From the NCBI GenBank assembly GCA_028286485.1, contig JAQBRM010000007.1, positions 1 to 49,600 of the forward strand: DNA of 49,600 nt, given 5' to 3'. Every line of letters starts with the position of its first letter. The first letter of the stretch is position 1. The stretch is from Candidatus Nomurabacteria bacterium (GTDB lineage: Bacteria > Patescibacteriota > Minisyncoccia > Phycocordibacterales > UBA9973). The position numbers and the translations under genes were made by a program. Below, piece by piece: positions 36,014 through 44,533 of this stretch. The notes below the pieces were generated by a model that had not been told where the DNA came from, did not search any database, and saw only the letters and a list, made by a program, of their open reading frames with translations.

Positions 36014-36734
36014 GTTTTTGTAAGGTGATGTCTTCAAACAATTCGTTTTGTTCGGCGGCAACCAAGCCGCGTCGTACCAGCTCTAGCATACCAAGAAAAG
36101 ACACGATCGTGTAGACCTTCTGGCTGCGCTCATCCATATCGGGAGATGCCACGCGGATGGCATTGAAGCTGGTGTGCATGGCATGCTCGATGCGTTCTTG
36201 CAACGTGTTCAAGACTTCCGCAATCGATATGGTCTTGAATATGCGAGCCTCCGGCTTCTTCGGTTCAACCGGCGGAATACGGCCGATGATATCATCGATC
36301 AATTTCGGGAGTTGCTCAACGGGTAATTTCTCATCCGGTGCAAAAACGACGCCGGTCAATCGCCGTACCCCTTCAAAGGAAACTTTTTTGTTGTACTGCC
36401 GTATCAGCTCACCGGAGATATGGCTGATAATCTGATAGAGCGCCACGCGTCGTTCCAAATCCCCGATCGATTCACTCTCTTCCGCTGTCAGCTCGATGTT
36501 GGGCAACAAGGATCGGGCTTTGATCAAAATCAGTGTCGCGGCCACTGCCAAGAAATTCGCCGCTTCTCCCGGCTGCATCCCGACCGTCTGCATGTACTGG
36601 ATGAAATCGTCCGTCACCGATGCCAATGACACGTCATTCACGAACAACTTCCGCTTCTCGATCAACTCCAACAGCACCTCCACCGGTCCTTCAAACACTT
36701 CCTGTTTTACTTTGAATACAACCTCGGTTTCCAC
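36006..36734 (-). CDS. scpA: Segregation and condensation protein A
   Basis: FEGPVEVLLELI, FLAVAATLILIKARSLLP, FLGMLEL, EQNELFEDI. Confidence 0.93.
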   Translation of the reverse strand: METEVVFKVKQEVFEGPVEVLLELIEKRKLFVNDVSLASVTDDFIQYMQTVGMQPGEAANFLAVAATLILIKARSLLPNIELTAEESESIGDLERRVALYQIISHISGELIRQYNKKVSFEGVRRLTGVVFAPDEKLPVEQLPKLIDDIIGRIPPVEPKKPEARIFKTISIAEVLNTLQERIEHAMHTSFNAIRVASPDMDERSQKVYTIVSFLGMLELVRRGLVAAEQNELFEDITLQKHA

Positions 36735-36736
36735 GA

Positions 36737-38161
36737 TTATTGCTTTGGTTTTTTTAATACGATGTGCAATTCATCAATCTGTTTGTCAGAAATTGTTGAA
36801 GGTGCATTCATCATCGGATCCCTGCCCTCACCGGTTTTTGGAAAAGCCATGACTTCGCGGATATTGGCTTCGTTCAGGAGCAGCATCATGAGACGATCAA
36901 AGCCCCACGCAATACCGCCATGTGGGGGTGTGCCGACTTTAAAGGCTTGCAGCATATGGCCGAAATCTTTTTCAATAGCCTCCGCTTCATGACCGAGCAA
37001 TTCGAAGACTTTTGAAAGTGCTTCAAAAGAATGGTTACGGATGGAACCGCCGCCGATTTCAAAGCCGTTCAGACAAATATCGTACTGGGTGGTCAAAATA
37101 TTACCCACCGCTTCTTTATTCATGAGGTTATCCATATGCTCTTCAATCGGTCGAGAAAATGGGTTATGCGTATAGGTCCATTGTCCTTGGGCGTCAGGGT
37201 TGTCACTCTTGCTGGTTGATTCAAAAAATGGGAAGTCTATCACCCAACAAAATGCCAAGAGATTCGGATCATTTTTATCTTCGCGAATATCGGGACGATC
37301 GTTGCCATATTTTTCCATTGCATCCTTGTATGAAATACGAGGAAATGGGAGTTGTTGAATCTTTTTCTCAGGAAATAACTTAGTCACCATGTTAATAAGG
37401 AGTGCTTCATTTGTCTGCATGACATCTTCACGAGTAACGAAGCTCATTTCCATGTCGAGCTGGGTGAATTCCGGCTGGCGATCCCCTCGCCCGTCTTCAT
37501 CACGCATGCATTTTGCAAATTGAAAATATCGTTCCATGCCCGCAGTCATCAGAAGCTGCTTGTACTGCTGAGGAGATTGCGGCAAGGCATAAAAATTTCC
37601 CGGATAGACACGAGAAGGAACCACATAGTCGCGCGCTCCTTCCGGAGTCGACTTGGTCAGCATCGGTGTTTCCACTTCGATGAATTTCCGCTCATGTAAA
37701 AAATCGCGGATGTATTTCTGTACCTCGTCGCGCTTGCGCATGTTACGTTGCATGCGAACACTGCGGAGATCAAGGTAGCGATGTTTCAAACGCACTTCCT
37801 CGTTCACATCCACCGTATCGATGTTGATTTCAAACGGTAACGGTTCCGCCTTGTTCAAGATAGTCAGGGCGGTAATTTCCAGCTCAATATCTCCGTTCTG
37901 TTTATCAGCTTGCACATTACGTTCCGGACGCTTGTTCACCATACCCTCCACAACTATCACTGATTCCGGGCGGGCATCCTTCACCGCCTCGGCCATTTCA
38001 GCCGCCCGATTGGGCAATACGACTCCTTGGATATAGCCCGTCATATCGCGAAAATCAAAAAAGACCATTTTGCCCTGATCTCGACGTACATCAATCCATC
38101 CTTTCAATAAAACAGTTTCGCCCGCGTGCTGCCCCGTTTCTCCAATATATGTTCGTTCCAT
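36737..38161 (-). CDS. aspS: Aspartyl-tRNA synthetase, short form without GAD domain
   Basis: OB fold, TPEGARDY, LPQSPQQYKQLL, DRQPEFTQLD, EIGGGSIR, PPHGGIAWGFDR. Confidence 0.96.
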   Translation of the reverse strand: MERTYIGETGQHAGETVLLKGWIDVRRDQGKMVFFDFRDMTGYIQGVVLPNRAAEMAEAVKDARPESVIVVEGMVNKRPERNVQADKQNGDIELEITALTILNKAEPLPFEINIDTVDVNEEVRLKHRYLDLRSVRMQRNMRKRDEVQKYIRDFLHERKFIEVETPMLTKSTPEGARDYVVPSRVYPGNFYALPQSPQQYKQLLMTAGMERYFQFAKCMRDEDGRGDRQPEFTQLDMEMSFVTREDVMQTNEALLINMVTKLFPEKKIQQLPFPRISYKDAMEKYGNDRPDIREDKNDPNLLAFCWVIDFPFFESTSKSDNPDAQGQWTYTHNPFSRPIEEHMDNLMNKEAVGNILTTQYDICLNGFEIGGGSIRNHSFEALSKVFELLGHEAEAIEKDFGHMLQAFKVGTPPHGGIAWGFDRLMMLLLNEANIREVMAFPKTGEGRDPMMNAPSTISDKQIDELHIVLKKPKQ

Positions 38162-38201
38162 AATCCCCTTATTCTACCTGAAAAAGGGCGATATTAAAAG
38201 C

Positions 38202-38660
38202 CTAATGCAGGAAATTCAACTTTGGATTTCTGAGATAGTTATTTTCCACTTTTTCCAATCGTGTATCGATGTTTTCCATCCTATATTCCACACGCTCTAG
38301 CCGATTCTCAATTTTATCAAATCGATCATCCATGCTGTCAAAACGCCGACCAACTGCTTCAAATTCTTTAGCAGTAATAATAGCCAGTTCTTCAACCTTT
38401 TCATCTATTTTTTGTAATAAGTTTGTTTCTACAGCTTCTATTTTAGCTAATAATTTTGTTTCAACGCCGTCTATTTTAGCAGTCAGCTCAGTTCTCACAC
38501 TATGAACTTCTGCTCCCAGTCCATCAATTTTAGTTAATAATATTGTTTCAACACCATCTATTTTTTGATCCAACTGTTTGTTTTGCGCTCCAAGCCCAAT
38601 GATCATTTCAGCCAGATCTTCATTCGTGACGTCTTTTTTGGTTGGTTTGGTACTACTCAT
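38202..38660 (-). CDS. Coiled-coil protein with KID-type 11-residue repeats
   Basis: QKIDGVETILL/TKIDG.../AKIDGVETKLL/AKIEAVETNLL/QKIDE, then heptads RFDSMDD/RFDKIEN/RLERVEY/RMENIDT/RLEKVEN. Confidence 0.85.
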   Translation of the reverse strand: MSSTKPTKKDVTNEDLAEMIIGLGAQNKQLDQKIDGVETILLTKIDGLGAEVHSVRTELTAKIDGVETKLLAKIEAVETNLLQKIDEKVEELAIITAKEFEAVGRRFDSMDDRFDKIENRLERVEYRMENIDTRLEKVENNYLRNPKLNFLH

Positions 38661-38712
38661 GACCAGAGTATAGCATGTGACATATCAAGAAAAACCAAAG
38701 ATTTTCTAAAGA

Positions 38713-38741
38713 TTGACTTTAATTAAAAATCGTTATATAAT
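38713..38741 (+). promoter_or_regulatory. Near-consensus sigma70 promoter of the ABC gene
   Basis: TTGACT-17-TATAAT. Confidence 0.75.
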
Positions 38742-38776
38742 ATAGAAAATTTCACTCATTCATTAAAAATTTAAGT

Positions 38777-40603
38777 ATGAAAAAAGAACTCACTTCTAGT
38801 ATTTCCCTTCTACGGCGAATAGTTTCATTTGCGAAACCCTTTCGAAAACCTCTTATTACCATCTTTATATGTATTTGCGCTGTAACCATAATTGATGCTG
38901 CAAACAGCTTCTGGTTCAGTCAAATATTTAACTTAGTTCAAAAACACGGTACATCTCCACAACTTCTCCCCAAAGCATTAATGTTTATAGGGATAGCGGT
39001 AGTATTTGCTTTTGTTCGCATAGGGGTGGTAAGCAAGCAAACTAAAACAAAGATCAAACATATTGACCTGTCGGTTATGAATCATCTTAACCACGAGTCA
39101 ATTAAAAAATTCTTTTCGTTTTCAAACGGTCAACACATTAATGAGCATTCCGGGGTAAAACAAAATGTTGTAAACACCGGGACCAACTCCATTAAAAGCC
39201 AAATGGATCTATTATTTTTCAAGTTATTCCCTACTATCACTCAGTTTATAGTAGCGCTTGGAATTTTGCTGTATTGCAGCCTGTGGATCGGGACTATTTT
39301 TATTCTAATCGGAATAGTTTTTTGTTTGATGATGAATCGCATAAACAAAAGACTTGTTCCGGGAGTAAGGAAAATAAGAGATCGCGCTCAATTAAATTCC
39401 CGCCTTATCTCAGAGTTATACCGTTGTGTTACCTCGGTAAAACTTGAAAGTCAGGAAGAGCGATCCCTTGATGAGCTGACAGCGGTACAACAACAGCACC
39501 AGCTAATATCAATGGAAACATGGCTTCCTGCTTTGAAATCACTTACCAAGGTACGTTCCGTGGTGGTGGTGATACGATTTGCGGCCTTGTTTTTGGTTGT
39601 GTATCTTGTTTTTCAAAAACAATTCAGCATGGGGGCAATGTTTCTAGTGTTTACTTATTCAAATACATTTCTCAGTAATTTATGGGATTTCATGGATATG
39701 CATAAGCAGTTCCTGATCGATCGCATTAATATTGAAAGGTATTTTGAACTACTCGAGGTAGAGCCTGACATTGTCATTGTTGAAAACCCTATTAAACTGA
39801 AAAGATTGTACGGGAAGATTGAATTCAAAAATGTTTCTTTCTATTACCCACAACGAGTTAAGTCCTATGAAAATGTAGAGTACTTGCAGGAAGATGAGTT
39901 GCAAAATGATGCCATATTAAAATCGGTTTCATTTGTAATCAATGCCGGCGAAAAGGTTGGTATTGTAGGAGAATCGGGATCAGGTAAATCAACATTGGTA
40001 AATCTGATCAGGCGGTCGTTTGACGCCCAAGAAGGTCAAATTTTAATCGATGGCCACGATCTTCGCTTGCTTGATTTAGGGTTATTCTTAGAACATGTAG
40101 GCAATGTCGAGCAAGAGGTGGTTATTTTCGATCGTTCCATCAGGGATAATATTACGTTCGGGTTAAACAGCCGAACAAAAGCAATCACTCAGGAAAAATT
40201 AGAAAAAATCACTGAAATTGCCCGCGTGAATGCTTTCTTCCCTCGCCTTGAACATGGCTTTGATACCATGGTGGGAGAAAAGGGATTTAAACTATCCGGC
40301 GGTGAACGTCAGCGTGTTGGGATTGCGCGAGCTCTCGCAAAGGATCCCAGCCTCATTATTTTTGATGAGGCAACTTCTTCACTTGATGCAGTGAGCGAAC
40401 GTCTCGTTCAGGAAGCAATTGATGAAGCCTGTAAAGGTAAGACAGCGATTGTTATTGCCCATCGCCTTTCTACGGTAAAAAATTGTGACCGTATTCTGGT
40501 TTTCCGTTATGGTGTCCTTCTAGCCCAAGGAACACACGACGAACTGTTAACCGACTGCGAGTATTATGCTGAGCTGGTTCAGCATCAAATGATAACCGCT
40601 TGA
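38777..40603 (+). CDS. ABC exporter half-transporter (TMD-NBD)
   Basis: [30 protein letters not shown]. Confidence 0.93.
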   Translation: MKKELTSSISLLRRIVSFAKPFRKPLITIFICICAVTIIDAANSFWFSQIFNLVQKHGTSPQLLPKALMFIGIAVVFAFVRIGVVSKQTKTKIKHIDLSVMNHLNHESIKKFFSFSNGQHINEHSGVKQNVVNTGTNSIKSQMDLLFFKLFPTITQFIVALGILLYCSLWIGTIFILIGIVFCLMMNRINKRLVPGVRKIRDRAQLNSRLISELYRCVTSVKLESQEERSLDELTAVQQQHQLISMETWLPALKSLTKVRSVVVVIRFAALFLVVYLVFQKQFSMGAMFLVFTYSNTFLSNLWDFMDMHKQFLIDRINIERYFELLEVEPDIVIVENPIKLKRLYGKIEFKNVSFYYPQRVKSYENVEYLQEDELQNDAILKSVSFVINAGEKVGIVGESGSGKSTLVNLIRRSFDAQEGQILIDGHDLRLLDLGLFLEHVGNVEQEVVIFDRSIRDNITFGLNSRTKAITQEKLEKITEIARVNAFFPRLEHGFDTMVGEKGFKLSGGERQRVGIARALAKDPSLIIFDEATSSLDAVSERLVQEAIDEACKGKTAIVIAHRLSTVKNCDRILVFRYGVLLAQGTHDELLTDCEYYAELVQHQMITA

Positions 40604-40609
40604 GTTAGT

Positions 40610-40641
40610 AAGCTCCGACATATTAAAGTCGGAGCTTTTTT
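40610..40641 (+). terminator. Intrinsic terminator
   Basis: AAGCTCCGAC-N8-GTCGGAGCTTTTTT. Confidence 0.85.
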
Positions 40642-40660
40642 AATATATACTACATACTAT

Positions 40661-40966
40661 ATGCAAATACCCGAAAATGGCTTCTACTATCATTATAAGC
40701 ACGACGAATCAAAAGGGTTCAATGACCATGCATATGAAATCACCGGCATTGTTCGCCATTCCGAAGACGGCACATTGTTGGCAACCTATACTCCCTTATT
40801 TGAAACTGATTGGCTGTCCCCTGCCACCCAATGCGTCCGCCCCATCGAACTGTTTTTTGACAAGGTGATGGTGGAAGGCGTATCGCTCCCTCATTTCGTA
40901 AAAATCACCGATCTGGAAATTATTGCCAAGCTGCAAGAGTATAAAAATACGATATCTTCCAAGTAA
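40661..40966 (+). CDS. DUF1653-like protein
   Basis: GFYYHYK, YEITGIVRHSE, VRPIELF pattern. Confidence 0.75.
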   Translation: MQIPENGFYYHYKHDESKGFNDHAYEITGIVRHSEDGTLLATYTPLFETDWLSPATQCVRPIELFFDKVMVEGVSLPHFVKITDLEIIAKLQEYKNTISSK

Positions 40967-40995
40967 AAAAATAAACCCCATATGAGGGGGTTTAT
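40966..40995. terminator. Terminator between convergent genes
   Basis: ATAAACCCC-N7-GGGGTTTAT with an A-tract on the left. Confidence 0.65.
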
Positions 40996-41002
40996 GTGGA
41001 AC

Positions 41003-41602
41003 TTATTGCTTCGTAGCAATTACGACAATCTCATGCCTGACTCCATAGTTGGTCTTTCCGCCTTTCACCGGCTGAAGCGGCAGTTCTCTCAGTGCTATTA
41101 TTTTAAAACCATTTTCTTCATACAAATGCACGAGCTGGGGTTTTGAATAATGAATAGGTCGAAAGGTATCTCCCTTACTGGCCCATACTGCACAAAATAT
41201 TCCATGAAAGGTTAAAGATCGCTCAATCTTACTCATTATGGTCTGAGCAATATCCTTCGGAGTATTCGCTATGGTCTTGCCATAAATGAAATCGAATAAT
41301 GATAGTGGGAATTCGTAGTGCTGAAATTCCATTTGAACTCTTTCAAGGCGATCGTCCGATATGGGAATGACTTCTTCATCGAACAATGCTTGATTTGCAT
41401 CCACAACGGTAACGTTTGAAAAGTTTGCCGATTCCAATAAATATTTTGATTGAATCAACGAGACATCTCCCAAAACCAAGGCTTTGTTTCTGTTCCGCAA
41501 TAATGATAATGAAGTGGTCATTGGCGAGTTCACCCGTATACTCTCGTGATCAGCTGAAGATGTTGATTGCCGCTTCTGGGCCACTGCTGTTTGTGTTTCC
41601 AT
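41003..41602 (-). CDS. Degenerate class I SAM-methyltransferase-like (TehB-like) protein
   Basis: KALVLGD, VTVVD, FDFIYG, RSLTFHGIFC, RHEIVVIATK follow the MTase strand order; motif I degenerate. Confidence 0.55.
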   Translation of the reverse strand: METQTAVAQKRQSTSSADHESIRVNSPMTTSLSLLRNRNKALVLGDVSLIQSKYLLESANFSNVTVVDANQALFDEEVIPISDDRLERVQMEFQHYEFPLSLFDFIYGKTIANTPKDIAQTIMSKIERSLTFHGIFCAVWASKGDTFRPIHYSKPQLVHLYEENGFKIIALRELPLQPVKGGKTNYGVRHEIVVIATKQ

Positions 41603-41669
41603 GGTATTTGTTTTTTAAAATGTAGATTTAAAAAACTATATCACGGGTGTGGTAAAAATCAATACCTTC

Positions 41670-43469
41670 CTATGACATCAGAATCTGATTCTTGATCAGT
41701 TCCTTATAATCTTCTGAGTTCTTTTCCAATTCCTTGTGAGTGCCTTGCGCTACAATCTTCCCTTTTGCTACGACAAAAATAATATCAGCATCCATGACAG
41801 TTGAGAGTCGATGAGCGATGATAATAGTAGTGCGGCCTTGGGCGCTGCGGTTGATGGCATCGTGAATGAGCTTTTCATTGATTGAGTCGAGCGCACTGGT
41901 AGCCTCATCAAAGATGAGAATCTTCGGGTCTTTGATAAGCGCGCGAGCAATGCCGATACGCTGACGCTCCCCGCCTGACACCTTGATGCCGCCTTCGCCG
42001 ATGACCGTATCCAGTCCATGATCTTTCAACTTTTCAATGAATTCCGTCAGTGATGCGTCTTCCACGGCTTTTTGCACTTTCTCATCTGGTACCTCAGCTC
42101 CTGATGGCAAACCGAACAAGATATTGTCTTTGATGCTGCGATCAAAGAGGTCGATCTTTTGCTCGACATTGCCGATGCGCGAACGCAGCCAGTGCAGATT
42201 CATGTCTTTCAGGTTGACATCATCAATCAATATTTCTCCCTCCGTAGGATCGTAGAAACGACGCATAAGATTCACTATCGTACTCTTCCCCGATCCGGAA
42301 ACACCCACAAACCCTATCTTTGCTCCCGCGGGAATAGTGAAGCTGATATGAGAAACGGTATTATCTTCCTGTTTATCTGGCCCCTCGATTTCTTCTCTAT
42401 CTTCCTTGGTGGATTTACGGTACGGATACGCGAAGCTCACATCTTTGAATTCAATTTTGCCTTGTAGATTTTCAATAACCATACCATTTTCATTTGGGTT
42501 TATATCTGGTTTGATATCAAGTAAGTCAAAGAATTTTCTTATCTCTGCCACCTGTAATAATATTGAACGTTGATAATTAGTAATTTGCTGCAAATTATTA
42601 AAAATCGTCCCAGTCCAGGAAAATAATGTAATGAACATTCCGGTAGTGTGTTGCCCGATAAGGATAAGGTATACGCCCACTGCCAGTGTGGTGTATTGAC
42701 CGATAGTAATAAGACTTTTAGTAGTGTAATAAGGTCGGAGATACCCTAGCCATGTGGAAGTAGAAAAATCAGCTACTTCTTGGGAAAAAGAGGAGAAGTC
42801 CTTAATGGTAGCAGTCTCTTGCGCTTCTGAGATTACCAATGTTGAATTGCGATATAATTCTGATTCGGTTTTTGACTTAGCTTGATTCTTTTTTCTGACC
42901 TCAACAATCTTGGGGAAAAATCCTTGATTCACGAATGTTGCGATAGTTATATAGAGAATGACAAAAAATAAAGCAGTGAGCGCTACTCTGTAATCAAAAA
43001 TAGCAAGTACGGTTAACGTAACCAGTACCTGTAAAATCGCTGGCAAAACAGTATAGAGGATCGTATAGAGCAAGTTAGTCATTGAGTTTTGACCCTTAGA
43101 GACAATGCTTTGCTTTACCCCTGAATGTTCATTGATATGCTGACCGATTGAAAAGCCAAACATGGTATTCAATGCCTCAACAGACAGGGCCTTATTTACA
43201 TGGTCATCAAGAAATTTTAATTCGTAACTTTCCTTAAACCACCATAATAACTGCGATGAAGTAAACGATATACAAAATGCGATAAATAGATAAACAAACG
43301 TTAAGTGAACATTTTTATGTATGACCGCATCAACACTTAATCCAAACAAGTAAGGCGAAAGTGTACCCAGCAACTGGGTAATGATTAGAATTCCTACTAT
43401 TACGGCAAGGTGTTTCCAAAACGGCCGAAAAAACTGAAGTAATTTTTTAATAAATATTTTATTGTTCAT
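41670..43469 (-). CDS. ABC exporter half-transporter (paralog of 38777-40603)
   Basis: GVSGSGKST, VSGGERQR, FDEATSALD, IAHR; shares FSxGQHINEHSGVKQ. Confidence 0.93.
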   Translation of the reverse strand: MNNKIFIKKLLQFFRPFWKHLAVIVGILIITQLLGTLSPYLFGLSVDAVIHKNVHLTFVYLFIAFCISFTSSQLLWWFKESYELKFLDDHVNKALSVEALNTMFGFSIGQHINEHSGVKQSIVSKGQNSMTNLLYTILYTVLPAILQVLVTLTVLAIFDYRVALTALFFVILYITIATFVNQGFFPKIVEVRKKNQAKSKTESELYRNSTLVISEAQETATIKDFSSFSQEVADFSTSTWLGYLRPYYTTKSLITIGQYTTLAVGVYLILIGQHTTGMFITLFSWTGTIFNNLQQITNYQRSILLQVAEIRKFFDLLDIKPDINPNENGMVIENLQGKIEFKDVSFAYPYRKSTKEDREEIEGPDKQEDNTVSHISFTIPAGAKIGFVGVSGSGKSTIVNLMRRFYDPTEGEILIDDVNLKDMNLHWLRSRIGNVEQKIDLFDRSIKDNILFGLPSGAEVPDEKVQKAVEDASLTEFIEKLKDHGLDTVIGEGGIKVSGGERQRIGIARALIKDPKILIFDEATSALDSINEKLIHDAINRSAQGRTTIIIAHRLSTVMDADIIFVVAKGKIVAQGTHKELEKNSEDYKELIKNQILMS

Positions 43470-43470
43470 A

Positions 43471-44442
43471 TTATTGTGTTAGCCCCACCGCTTCATAGAC
43501 GTCAAACATTTTTTTCATGGCGATGTCGTTGGCTTTCATGGCGCCGGAAATGAGGATTTCCTGCACGAGTTTCGGGTTGGCGGCAAAGGTGGCGCGGCGT
43601 TCACGCATGGGAGTAACGAAGGTAATGATGTCTTGGATGAGCATTTTCTTGGCGTCGCCATAGCCGAGACCTTTCGCATAACTTGCCCTGAGCTCCGGCG
43701 AAGGGTTGAAATATTTATGAATCTGGTACAAGATCAATTCATCGGGATCTTTTTCCTCGTCTTTACCGCGTGAGTCCGTCGGAATGCTCATGACCGCTTT
43801 CGTAATCTCTTCGTCGGTGGCAAACAATGGAATAGTATTGTTGTAGCTCTTGGACATTTTGCGTCCGTCGGTTCCCGGAATGATGGCGGTGTTTTCGAGA
43901 ATTTTCTCTTGGGGCAACGTAAACAGGGTGCCGAACTGATTGTTGAACTTAATGGCGATATCGCGTGCATACTCCACATGCTGCTTCTGATCCTTGCCGA
44001 CCGGTACGATCGTCGCGTCGTATAATAGAATGTCAGCGGCCATTAGGACAGGGTACATGAACGTACCGGCAGACACTTCCTTACCTTTAGCTTCAGCATC
44101 TTTGTAGGCATGGGCACGCATCAGATACGGCACCGTTACAAGACAATCAAATATCCACGCAAGACTGGCATGGGCCGGTACATCCGACTGTTTGAACAGT
44201 GTCACCTTCTCCGGATCAATACCGACAGCCAGATAATCCAAGACCACATCCATTGTTCGTGTGATAAGTTCCTCTTTGGAAGGGATGCTTTCGGTCAACG
44301 CGTGTAGGTTGGGAATGAAGATAAATGAGTCATAGTCATGCTGTAATTTCACGAACTGTTCAATGGCACCGAAGTAGTTGCCGACATGAATACGGCCAGT
44401 TGGCTTCACACCGGAGACTAGACGAGGTTTTGGGGATTGCAT
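43471..44442 (-). CDS. trpS: Tryptophanyl-tRNA synthetase
   Basis: SGVKPTGRIHVGNY, YPVLMAADILLY, VPVGKDQKQH, KMSKS. Confidence 0.97.
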   Translation of the reverse strand: MQSPKPRLVSGVKPTGRIHVGNYFGAIEQFVKLQHDYDSFIFIPNLHALTESIPSKEELITRTMDVVLDYLAVGIDPEKVTLFKQSDVPAHASLAWIFDCLVTVPYLMRAHAYKDAEAKGKEVSAGTFMYPVLMAADILLYDATIVPVGKDQKQHVEYARDIAIKFNNQFGTLFTLPQEKILENTAIIPGTDGRKMSKSYNNTIPLFATDEEITKAVMSIPTDSRGKDEEKDPDELILYQIHKYFNPSPELRASYAKGLGYGDAKKMLIQDIITFVTPMRERRATFAANPKLVQEILISGAMKANDIAMKKMFDVYEAVGLTQ

Positions 44443-44533
44443 GGGGATATCATACCAAAAAATAAGGCTGTTTGGAAACAGTGGCGAAATACATCAATTT
44501 TTTCTCAAGGAATAATAATGATACAATCAAGGA

